A stretch of DNA of 64,000 bases, taken from Elusimicrobiota bacterium. GTDB lineage: Bacteria > Elusimicrobiota > Endomicrobiia > Endomicrobiales > JBDRNC01. Within the stretch, counting starts at the first letter, position 1. Every line of letters starts with the position of its first letter. Both the position numbers and the translations under genes were made by a program. The stretch lies in NCBI GenBank assembly GCA_043811535.1, contig JBDRNC010000017.1:128001-192000 (forward strand), written 5' to 3'. The notes under the pieces are model-generated. The model searched no databases. It was not told the origin of the DNA and worked only from the letters and a program-made list of their open reading frames with translations. Shown here in pieces: positions 55,808 to 63,970 of this stretch.

Positions 55808-56497
55808 TCAGTACTTCTTATTCCACGTATCCGATTTATATTTTTCTTCAATTAGGGAGCGCATTGCCGCGGTTTCGGATTCGCCGAAATTGTAGTCGGT
55901 TATCCGGATATCAAGGCATTTTTCAAAGCTGTTCCTAGCGGCCGAAGAAAATACGCCGAAAAACTTCCCTGCGTCAATGTGCACCGAGCCCTGCTGGAGA
56001 AGCACCTCCCCTCTTCTCCGCTGACTTGAACCAAGTATTTTTCTTCCCTTTACGTGAAGATCATACGGAAAAAACGTCTGGACGCATAGAGGATTTCCCG
56101 ACGGGGGTTTTTGTTTCAGTTCGGGATAAAATTCGGCCTGGAATCCCATCGAAATCAGAATATCTTTTATGCATGTGTGGAACTTATGGTAGGTTTCCTC
56201 CTGATTGTAAACGTGCGGCCAGTCGGCTTTTCCGGCGACGATAGAATAGGAGATGTCCTTGCCGTGAAATACCGCGAGCCCGCCGGTAGGCCTTCTGGTG
56301 ATCTCCATCCCGCTGCCGGAAAACTCGGAATGTTTCTGGAAATAGCCCATGGTTATGCAGGGTTTTTCCCAGTTATATATCCTTATCACGGGGCCGTAAT
56401 CCGGATTTTGCACGGCTGACAGGAAAACGGATTCGTCAGCCGCCATGTTTTCCGGTCCGCTTGCCGGTTTTGAAATGATAAGCCGCCATGTTCTCAT
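55808..56497 (-). CDS. Lipoate-protein ligase / octanoyltransferase (LipM/LplA catalytic domain)
   Basis: NMAADE, RIYNW.KP.ITMGYFQ, RRPTGGLAVFH, KILGSSQRR, LQQGS. Confidence 0.9.
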   Translation of the reverse strand: MRTWRLIISKPASGPENMAADESVFLSAVQNPDYGPVIRIYNWEKPCITMGYFQKHSEFSGSGMEITRRPTGGLAVFHGKDISYSIVAGKADWPHVYNQEETYHKFHTCIKDILISMGFQAEFYPELKQKPPSGNPLCVQTFFPYDLHVKGRKILGSSQRRRGEVLLQQGSVHIDAGKFFGVFSSAARNSFEKCLDIRITDYNFGESETAAMRSLIEEKYKSDTWNKKY

Positions 56498-56511
56498 ATA
56501 TTCCTTATTTT

Positions 56512-56613
56512 TCCCCCTTTTCCAGAGGGGGATTCAAGGGGGATTTTTAAAATCTCCCCTATCCGCTTCCCCAGACTACACGGGGTCCAAAGACTTACTT
56601 TACGAAAGAGGGG
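56512..56613. repeat. C/G-run REP-like palindromic element
   Basis: TCCCCCT-TTTCCAG-AGGGGGA, AGGGGGATT...AATCTCCCCT, nested CCCC...GGGG, terminal AAAGAGGGG. Confidence 0.65.
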
Positions 56614-56616
56614 TAG

Positions 56617-56961
56617 TTATTTGTAATCTTTTTCCTTTTTCAATAACCGCATCTTCGTTTTTATACCCCCGGGACCGGAGAAACCGCCTAAGATCCCGTC
56701 GCTTTTTATTACCCTGTGGCAAGGAACATATGGAGCGAACGGATTCCTGGCAAGCGCCTGAGCGACGGCCCTTGCGCCTTTCGGGCAGCCGATCCTTTTC
56801 GCTATCTCGCCGTAGCTTAGCGTGCTTCCCCTGGGGATCCTTGCGCATTCGCGCCAGACTTTCTGAAAAAACCTGGGATATTCGCGGAACTTCCGCATGA
56901 CATGTTTTGGCAGGCCCCGTATACCTTTTTTGGGCATGCGACTGTGTTTCCCATGACTCAT
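56617..56961 (-). CDS. ogt: Methylated-DNA--protein-cysteine methyltransferase (short MGMT/Ogt, C-terminal domain)
   Basis: FQKVW...IPRG.TLSYGEIA, ARAVAQAL..NP, PCHRV active site; start uncertain (56961 or 56937). Confidence 0.85.
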   Translation of the reverse strand: MSHGKHSRMPKKGIRGLPKHVMRKFREYPRFFQKVWRECARIPRGSTLSYGEIAKRIGCPKGARAVAQALARNPFAPYVPCHRVIKSDGILGGFSGPGGIKTKMRLLKKEKDYK

Positions 56962-57022
56962 AACTTTAGTGTTAGAGTCCGGAGAAATATCCAAGTTTAC
57001 CGAATAGGTTATACGGGGAAGA

Positions 57023-57751
57023 CTAGCGGGCATTGTAAATGTTGAGGCATCCTTTTTCGTCCATATATGAGTTCATTTTATCTCTGGCCTTGTAATTTCT
57101 GTAATAGCTGAAAACGTCTTTCACGTATTTTTTGGTTTCGCGGTAAGGAGGTATATTTTTATATTTTTTGACAGCCGACGGCCCGGCATTATAGGCCGCG
57201 AGGGCCATTTCCATGTCACCGTCGAATTCGTCAAGCATGTAGCTGAGGTATCTTGTTCCGGCGCTTATGTTCTCGCTGGGAGAGAAAATATCTTTTACGC
57301 CCATCAACCTTGCCGTGTCCGGCATCAGTTGCATCAGCCCGCAGGCGCCTTTTGAAGAGACATCGCCCGGCTTGAAGTTTGATTCGGCTTTCATAACCGC
57401 TTTCACCAGCGAAGGGTCCACTTTATGCTTTTTCGCGGATTCGTGGATCATGTTGTCATAAGGAGTTGAAAGGGCGCTGCCGGGAGCGGATTTTATTCCC
57501 GGAGTTATCTTCATTGCTGTTATGAATTTTTCCGTTGCCGTGTCTTTTAGGGAATAAAGAATTATCCTTTGTATTTCGCTCTTCTCAAATTTTATCGAAC
57601 CGGTCTTAAGCGCTATGCTGCAGCTTCCGTCCGGGAACTTGGAGATATCGCCTTTAAGGCTTTTCCCGTTGACAAGGATGACCTTTCCGGAAGCCGCGTT
57701 CAACGGCAAGGAAAAATATAAAATTAAAAATAAAAAATAGAAAATACGCAT
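57023..57751 (-). CDS. Lytic transglycosylase (SLT domain), secreted
   Basis: AVMKAESNF, SSKGACGLMQLMP.TA, ALAAYNAG, ETKKYV; signal peptide from ATG at 57751. Confidence 0.92.
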   Translation of the reverse strand: MRIFYFLFLILYFSLPLNAASGKVILVNGKSLKGDISKFPDGSCSIALKTGSIKFEKSEIQRIILYSLKDTATEKFITAMKITPGIKSAPGSALSTPYDNMIHESAKKHKVDPSLVKAVMKAESNFKPGDVSSKGACGLMQLMPDTARLMGVKDIFSPSENISAGTRYLSYMLDEFDGDMEMALAAYNAGPSAVKKYKNIPPYRETKKYVKDVFSYYRNYKARDKMNSYMDEKGCLNIYNAR

Positions 57752-57757
57752 ATTAAT

Positions 57758-57786
57758 TATATAACAGATATACCGGCAATAGTCAA
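57758..57786 (-). promoter_or_regulatory. sigma70 promoter giving a probably leaderless SLT transcript
   Basis: TTGACT-17 nt-TATATA, preceded by TGT; 6 nt to the ATG. Confidence 0.7.
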
Positions 57787-57809
57787 GAACAAAACCATTC
57801 CACCTGCGC

Positions 57810-57850
57810 AAGAAAGGGGGCAGTTCTTTTTATAAAAGAGCAGTCCCCTT
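57810..57850 (-). terminator. Hairpin/terminator downstream of the AT-rich gene
   Basis: Minus strand AAGGGGACTGCTCTTTT-ATA-AAAAGAACTGCCCCCTT then TCTT. Confidence 0.6.
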
Positions 57851-57888
57851 CCTTTTACTAGAATTTTGAATAGTATTACTCGTCTATT

Positions 57889-59727
57889 TTACTTATTTTG
57901 TATTTTATTATGTTTAGCCACATCAATATTAGATGAAATCCTTTTTTTAACATCCGGATCGGCAGCCAAAGAGAATGCTCTTTTCCATAAAGAGTTAGCC
58001 ATTTCATGGTTGCCCATCTTGAATTCCGTACATGCTAAACCATCCATAGCCTCTACATATTTACTATCTTCTTTTAATGTCAATGAATAATACTTTTTTG
58101 CATTTTTATAGTCTTTTAAAACAAAATATATGCTCCCCAAATTATACAGCGTTTCATTATTAGGGGCAATCTCAAGTGATTTTTCAAACCAATATTTTGC
58201 TTGAATATAATCTTCTGTTTCATAATATATTGAACCAAGTTGTTGATAGTTATGAATCGATGCGGCATCATATGCTATACCTTTAAGAAAATATCTTTTC
58301 GCGCCTTCAATGTCACCTCTTCTCTTTGCAAAAATGCCTTTCCAGTAATAATCGCCTATCATTTCATTGGATAATAACGGCACATGGGATAATAATGCGA
58401 AAAATATTGAAAATACTATGAAGATCGTCGCATTTCTGTAACATTTTTGTTTCAATTGCTTAATAAACCATACAAACGTATATGAAACAAATACAATTAT
58501 TATTGGTATTGCTGGAAGCCTGTATTCAGATAACATAAAGAAAATCATTATTGTGGCTATATTTACAGCCAAGAACATCCTCAATAGGTTGCTTTTAGCA
58601 TCATTGTGATAAATAATAAATATAAACATGAACAATGAAAATGGCGCAATAATAATATAATTCGGTAAATATGCAAGTATTTTCGAGTAGCTTTTAAATA
58701 AATGAAAAGGATAATTACTGGGTATTTCGTTTACGTTTATGAAAAGTAATAGTTTCTTTACAGTTATATTCATGGCATTAAAAGGATTGTTTACGATAAA
58801 AGATAATCCTTTATTAAACCAATAACTATTCATTTCCGAATATGTTATTTGCTTCCCGATTGATTTCTCTGCTTCTTTATAAAAATAATCCAACATGTAT
58901 TCTGGATGACTTAAGCCGGAAGAAGCGCCAAACATGGCTGAATTCGATCCATTCGCCCGTATATTATTGCCTAAATAAAAATTAATTCCACTACTAACAC
59001 TTGAAACATATGGTTGCTTAAAAACAATATAATTCCTTACTATTACAGGCGATAAAATAACTAATAATCCAAATAATAAATATGCGAATAACACAAACCA
59101 TTTTCTTTGGTATAGTATAAACCAAATTAATACTAAGGGAACATACAGTAAAATATTGGGTCTAAATAAAGAAGATAATCCTAAAATAATTCCTATTAAT
59201 ACACTTAATGCGATTTTTGGGTTATCCATCAACTTAATTAATAGAAATATGGCAATTAAATTTAAAATATTAATCCAAACAAACGTTGAAAAAAGACCCT
59301 CGTAAAAGATAAAAACACTATAACAGCTGTATAATAATCCGGATATTATACCCGATGTTTGATTAAAAGTCTCTTTTGCTATCAAATAAACTATTACTGC
59401 TGATATTGACCCAACAACGAACTGAATAATAGGAATAACAAGATTTGACGGACCCATAATCCAGAATATTAAGGCCAATAAATATGGATATCCCGGATTA
59501 AGAAAAAACAGTTTTTGACCGATTAATTCCCCCGTATTTACTATATGCCAAGCCCATTCATAATATATTTTTGCGTCGGCAACAGGTGCAGTCAATAATG
59601 TATTATTTCTTATCTCGCATAGATAAACCAGTCTGATAACCATAGATATCGCAAATATAACTATCGGCCAAAAATAAATATTATTTATCAATGTATTCGC
59701 AGAATATCTATATTTATTGCTAATCAT
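57889..59727 (-). CDS. GT-C (PMT/ArnT, GT39/83-like) membrane glycosyltransferase with C-terminal TPRs; AT-rich
   Basis: DAKIYYEWA, PGYPYLLA, RPNIL, RNY, GINFYLGNN, EYRLP; TPR repeats. Confidence 0.82.
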   Translation of the reverse strand: MISNKYRYSANTLINNIYFWPIVIFAISMVIRLVYLCEIRNNTLLTAPVADAKIYYEWAWHIVNTGELIGQKLFFLNPGYPYLLALIFWIMGPSNLVIPIIQFVVGSISAVIVYLIAKETFNQTSGIISGLLYSCYSVFIFYEGLFSTFVWINILNLIAIFLLIKLMDNPKIALSVLIGIILGLSSLFRPNILLYVPLVLIWFILYQRKWFVLFAYLLFGLLVILSPVIVRNYIVFKQPYVSSVSSGINFYLGNNIRANGSNSAMFGASSGLSHPEYMLDYFYKEAEKSIGKQITYSEMNSYWFNKGLSFIVNNPFNAMNITVKKLLLFINVNEIPSNYPFHLFKSYSKILAYLPNYIIIAPFSLFMFIFIIYHNDAKSNLLRMFLAVNIATIMIFFMLSEYRLPAIPIIIVFVSYTFVWFIKQLKQKCYRNATIFIVFSIFFALLSHVPLLSNEMIGDYYWKGIFAKRRGDIEGAKRYFLKGIAYDAASIHNYQQLGSIYYETEDYIQAKYWFEKSLEIAPNNETLYNLGSIYFVLKDYKNAKKYYSLTLKEDSKYVEAMDGLACTEFKMGNHEMANSLWKRAFSLAADPDVKKRISSNIDVAKHNKIQNK

Positions 59728-59786
59728 AGGTTAACCTAATTAATATTTATCATTTTAATTTGTTTAAACATGCATTCCTTAAAAAC

Positions 59787-59815
59787 AGAATATTCCGTTA
59801 CAGTATTCCTGTCAA
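59787..59815 (-). promoter_or_regulatory. sigma70 promoter of the AT-rich GT-C gene
   Basis: TTGACA-17 nt-TATTCT. Confidence 0.65.
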
Positions 59816-59867
59816 CGGAGATTTTATGTCGTATTTGTTCAGGCGATGGGCAAACGTTTCGCCGTTA

Positions 59868-59940
59868 ACGAGATACCAGATACGAGACGACTAACAATAA
59901 TATAATTTCATCGAAGTACCCGTCAGGGTATACTAGATAC
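59868..59940. repeat. ACGAGAT heptamer array (same unit as 46272-46338)
   Basis: acgagat accagat acgagac gac ... tactagatac. Confidence 0.65.
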
Positions 59941-59988
59941 TGTTGTTAATGGATTGGTTCCGTAGCGAATGTGCTCAAGCCGTTATGC

Positions 59989-60747
59989 CTATGTTTTAAC
60001 GGCTTTGATTCTTGTTTTAAGCATATCTTTTGGGACTACGCCGTCGCCTTCGGGGTTGATAACCGGCTCGCCGTTTACATAAATTCCCCTGCCTATTTTC
60101 GTATTTCCGAAGCCGGCATCAAAATCGCGCAGGACCACTTTTCCCGGGAATCCGGCGCAAACCTCTCTCGCATTCTGAACATCCGTGATGCATGTGGGGC
60201 AAATCGAGTTCCAGTAAACATCAATCGTTATTTTGCCCGGGATCGGTTTGTAGGCATAGGGTTCGGAATAGAACGACGGCTTTGGGGCGTCGGCCCATTT
60301 CTTGACCATGAGCACGGTCTCTCCGTTACGTTCAACTTCTTCGAAACCGAGTTTTTTGAAGAAAGCGAACGGCATGAACCAAAAATCATTGTCGAAAGCG
60401 ATTACGGCGATTCCTTTCGTAGTTTTCTTCAGATCACGTTCCAGGGCTTCGATCATCGCGCGCCCGCGGCCGGCTCCGGTTTTCTTCTCATATACATCCT
60501 TGTAATGAACACATATGCACGGGATATAGTAAAGTTCTTTCCCTGCCGCGTACCAGGCCCATTCGATAGGGACAGCCTGTACGAATCCTGCGGGTTTGCC
60601 GCCGTCGACAGCGACTTTGATGACTGCGCCTTTGCTAAGCGCATTGCGGATCCAATCAACCCTTTTCGATTCTTCTTTGCTTATGTCGTCATGGGTACAT
60701 TTCGCTACGTATCTGAGGTATTTTTCTGAAAAATCTACTACCTGCAT
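59989..60747 (-). CDS. GNAT-family N-acetyltransferase with C-terminal CxxC (YoaP-like) domain
   Basis: YIPCICV...GAGRGRAMI, FFKKLGF, CPTC; ATG at 60747 with GGAGGAG SD. Confidence 0.75.
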   Translation of the reverse strand: MQVVDFSEKYLRYVAKCTHDDISKEESKRVDWIRNALSKGAVIKVAVDGGKPAGFVQAVPIEWAWYAAGKELYYIPCICVHYKDVYEKKTGAGRGRAMIEALERDLKKTTKGIAVIAFDNDFWFMPFAFFKKLGFEEVERNGETVLMVKKWADAPKPSFYSEPYAYKPIPGKITIDVYWNSICPTCITDVQNAREVCAGFPGKVVLRDFDAGFGNTKIGRGIYVNGEPVINPEGDGVVPKDMLKTRIKAVKT

Positions 60748-60781
60748 ACACTCCTCCGATCTGCCGCGCGTTATCAAACGG

Positions 60782-62077
60782 TTATGATTGCGTCTCCATG
60801 CGCTTCTTACGGCGCAGCTTATGGTAAGTGACAGCAAACCGGTGCGCTTCATCCCTGACATGCTGTAAAATATGAAGTACTCCCGAATCCCTTTCCAGTT
60901 TCAACGGAGCGCTGTGTCCCGGCGAAAATATCTCTTCATTCTGTTTCGCAAGCGAAACAACAGGAATCTTTGTTCTGAGCGAATCCAGCGCCTGCGCGGC
61001 GGCGTTGAGCTGTCCGGGTCCTCCGTCGATGAGAATCAGGTCGGGATATTGCTTTTGCTCCTCTTTTAGCCGTTTGTATCTGCGAAACACTATTTCCCTT
61101 ATCATAGCGGTATCATCGATTCCGGTAATCGTCCTGATCTTGAACTTGCGGTAGCCGTTCTTGTCGGGCACTCCGTTCTGAAAACGCGACATTGAGCCGA
61201 CGGGATCGGTGCCGGACGTGTTTGAGATGTCAAAACATTCAATTATTACCGGAAGTTTAGGAAGGTTCAGCTTTTCTTTCATTTCTTCAAGGACCGATGT
61301 AGTTTTCAATGACTCCGCTATGTCACCGGCATGAATCTCGCGGAAAGTGACTTTCTGTCCCATCGTTTCAAGCGCGTTAACGCTGTCGCGCAGTTCCGCG
61401 GCTTTTTCAAACTCGGAGTTCCTGCTGGCCACCTGCATCTCCTTTTTCCACAGCGATATCAGGTTCCTGTATTTTCCTTTCAGAAAAAGTTTCAGCTTTG
61501 AAATATTCGCGGCGTACTCTTTTGCAGTCACTTTGCCCGCGCACGGAGCGGGGCACCTTCCGGTGTGCAGGTAAAGGCATGATTTTATCTTGTGTTCCGC
61601 CGGCAGCGAGTTCTCCGAAAAATCAAGCTTGCACGGGCGCCACATGAAAATTCTTCGAAGCCATTTTACAAGCGAGCGCATCTGCGCCGTGTTCGGATAC
61701 GGCCCGAAATATTCGCTCCCGTCGTTAAGTGTTTTCCTTGTCAATATGAGGCGCGGAAAATCCTCGCGCGTCAGTTTCAGTTGCGGATAGGATTTGTCGT
61801 CGCGCCACATCGAGTTGTAATAGGGCTTGTACTTGTGGATGAGCTGTCTTTCAAGTATGAGCGAGTCGCGCTCGGAGGCGCAGAGGATGTAATCGATATG
61901 GCGCAGGGACGATATTATCCCGGCGGTTTTCATATCGGGTGAATTCTTAAAATAGGAGGCGACTCTTTTTCTGAGGGCTTTTGCTTTTCCGATGTAGATT
62001 ATTTTCGCTGCGGAGTCCCGCATTATGTAAACGCCGGGGGTGTTCGGAAGCCTGAGAAAATCTATTTTGTTATTCAT
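60782..62077 (-). CDS. uvrC: Excinuclease ABC subunit C, short form lacking the C-terminal HhH domain
   Basis: GIY-YIG (PGVYIM...IYIGKA), Cys cluster, UVR, RNase H-like (IECFDISN, IDGG.GQL, RDEAHRFA). Confidence 0.9.
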   Translation of the reverse strand: MNNKIDFLRLPNTPGVYIMRDSAAKIIYIGKAKALRKRVASYFKNSPDMKTAGIISSLRHIDYILCASERDSLILERQLIHKYKPYYNSMWRDDKSYPQLKLTREDFPRLILTRKTLNDGSEYFGPYPNTAQMRSLVKWLRRIFMWRPCKLDFSENSLPAEHKIKSCLYLHTGRCPAPCAGKVTAKEYAANISKLKLFLKGKYRNLISLWKKEMQVASRNSEFEKAAELRDSVNALETMGQKVTFREIHAGDIAESLKTTSVLEEMKEKLNLPKLPVIIECFDISNTSGTDPVGSMSRFQNGVPDKNGYRKFKIRTITGIDDTAMIREIVFRRYKRLKEEQKQYPDLILIDGGPGQLNAAAQALDSLRTKIPVVSLAKQNEEIFSPGHSAPLKLERDSGVLHILQHVRDEAHRFAVTYHKLRRKKRMETQS

Positions 62078-62096
62078 CGGTTGATTGCCTAAATTT

Positions 62097-62184
62097 ACAA
62101 TGAACAGTGATCAATTGTCAGTGATCAGTTAAGGTAGATTTATGATAACTGCTCATTGCTAATTGTTAATTGTCAATTGTTAAT
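62097..62184. repeat. Palindromic (A/T)CAGTGA / TAATTGT heptamer array overlapping the murJ stop
   Basis: acaatga acagtga tcaattg tcagtga tcagtta ... taactgc tcattgc taattgt taattgt caattgt. Confidence 0.85.
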
Positions 62185-63795
62185 CCAGGCTTCCGCTTCC
62201 GCGGAGTCCTGCGTTCTGCCGCCTGAGGTTATCATCTGGAACAGGAGTTTTAGCTCTTTTACTTTGATAAGCCAGCAGACTGCCAGAAAAGCGGCTATGC
62301 CGATGAATATGCTTGATGATACTTCGATCAACTGGCCTAACTTGGCGGAAATATGGCTTACTTCAATGCGAGCATGAACCGTGTGATAAACGAGCCAGCA
62401 TACGGCCGCCATTACAAGAGCGGCAACTGTTATGCGCATAACCGAGTTCAATATCTCCGAGCCGCCGATATTACCGAGTTTCTTTCTGAGGAACCAGGTA
62501 AGCAGAAAGAAGTTCAGCATCGCCGCGAGAGATGTAGAGAGCGCCAGTCCGAAGTAGCTGATTTTAGACATAAGAATAAGGCCGAGCAGGATATTGACTG
62601 CCACGGTCAACAGCCCGATCTTTACCGGTGTTTTTGAATCATTGAGCGCGTAAAATATGGGCACCGTTATCTTGACCCCTGAAAAAGCAAACAGGCCGAG
62701 GCTGAAAAGGATGGCTGTTTTTGCCGTTGCCTGGGCGTCTGCAAGCGCGAATTTTCCGTACTGGAACAGCAGGCAGTTTATGGGCAGGCTCAAAACTACC
62801 ATGCCGACGGTCGCGGGTATGGCGATTAAAAAAGCCAGCCGCAAAGCGAAAGAATAATTTTTGACGGCATCGCCGAACTCCCCTTTTGTAATATTGCGCG
62901 AAATAACCGGAAGCGTCGCCGTGGCGATAGCAACCGCGAATACGCCGAGGGGCAGCTGCATAAGCCTGTTGCCGTAATAGAGATAGGTTATCGCGGCTTT
63001 ACCCAGGAGGCCGGCCATTATGGTATTTACCACGATGATATTAATCTGCGTTACGGACTGCGCGAAAACGGCAGGCGTCATTAATTTGATTATCTTTTTT
63101 ACGCCGCGGTCTGTAATGTCCAGTATGGGTTTGTATATAAATCCTTTTTTCAATACGGCAGGCACCTGAATGAGGAACTGGGCAAGGCCGCCTACCAGGG
63201 CCCCTATGGCCCATCCCACAATCTGCTGCTCGGGCCGTTCGCCGAACAGAGGGCAAATGAAGATGCCTGTAATTATCATCACAACATTGAGGAGAGCCGG
63301 GGCGAATGCCGATACTGTAAAATCCTGGTGAGAATTCAATATGCCCATCAGCAAGGCGGCAAATGCCATGAACGCGATGAAAGGAAACACGGTGCGGGTC
63401 AGGCGCACGGTAAGATCAAATGCGTCGCCCGAAAGGTTCCATTGCAGAAGATGAACGATGTACGGAGAAAATATGATGCCGATTATGACGATCAGGGAAA
63501 GCACGATAAGCATCAGGTTAAACAGCAGGTTGGCAAGCCGCCAGGCGGATTCTTTGCCGTCTTTTGTAAGCTGTTCGGTGAATACCGGGATAAAGGCGGA
63601 GCTTAGAGCTCCTTCCGCGAGAAGGTCCCTCAGCAGGTTGGGAATGCGGTACGCTACCAGGAAGGCATCGGAAATAAATCCGGCGCCGAACAACCCGGCA
63701 AAAATCCCGTCACGGATATAACCGAGCACCCGGCTGGTCATCGTGGCAAAGCTGATTATTGAAACTGATTTAGCTATTTTTTGATGCGTGCTCAT
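62173..63795 (-). CDS. murJ: Lipid II flippase MurJ (MviN)
   Basis: SRVLGYIRD, PNLLRDLLAEGALSSAFIP, RLMQLPLGVF, FYAL.D.KTP. Confidence 0.96.
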   Translation of the reverse strand: MSTHQKIAKSVSIISFATMTSRVLGYIRDGIFAGLFGAGFISDAFLVAYRIPNLLRDLLAEGALSSAFIPVFTEQLTKDGKESAWRLANLLFNLMLIVLSLIVIIGIIFSPYIVHLLQWNLSGDAFDLTVRLTRTVFPFIAFMAFAALLMGILNSHQDFTVSAFAPALLNVVMIITGIFICPLFGERPEQQIVGWAIGALVGGLAQFLIQVPAVLKKGFIYKPILDITDRGVKKIIKLMTPAVFAQSVTQINIIVVNTIMAGLLGKAAITYLYYGNRLMQLPLGVFAVAIATATLPVISRNITKGEFGDAVKNYSFALRLAFLIAIPATVGMVVLSLPINCLLFQYGKFALADAQATAKTAILFSLGLFAFSGVKITVPIFYALNDSKTPVKIGLLTVAVNILLGLILMSKISYFGLALSTSLAAMLNFFLLTWFLRKKLGNIGGSEILNSVMRITVAALVMAAVCWLVYHTVHARIEVSHISAKLGQLIEVSSSIFIGIAAFLAVCWLIKVKELKLLFQMITSGGRTQDSAEAEAWINN

Positions 63796-63813
63796 AAATT
63801 GATATACGAGGGA

Positions 63814-63900
63814 TTAGCAATCAGTAAACAGTAATCAATGCAATGAAGTCGTTTGTTTTTATCTTTCCCTGTCTCCGGTTTGCTGTTTACGGTCTGCTGT
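63814..63900. repeat. Degenerate palindromic CAGTAA(A/T) heptamer array
   Basis: ttagcaa tcagtaa acagtaa ... ttgctgt ttacggt ctgctgt. Confidence 0.6.
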
Positions 63901-63911
63901 CGTAATATATA

Positions 63912-63940
63912 TTGACTCAAATCTCAAAAATTGCTATATT
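63912..63940 (+). promoter_or_regulatory. sigma70 promoter of rpsT
   Basis: TTGACT-17 nt-TATATT with TG extension; GGAGG SD at 63959. Confidence 0.8.
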
Positions 63941-63970
63941 TATCAAACCTAAATTAACGGAGGACTCTAA

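Noticed and set aside
56600..56848. 82-aa basic ORF overlapping ogt
   Set aside because: Alternative frame of the MGMT gene with no independent evidence
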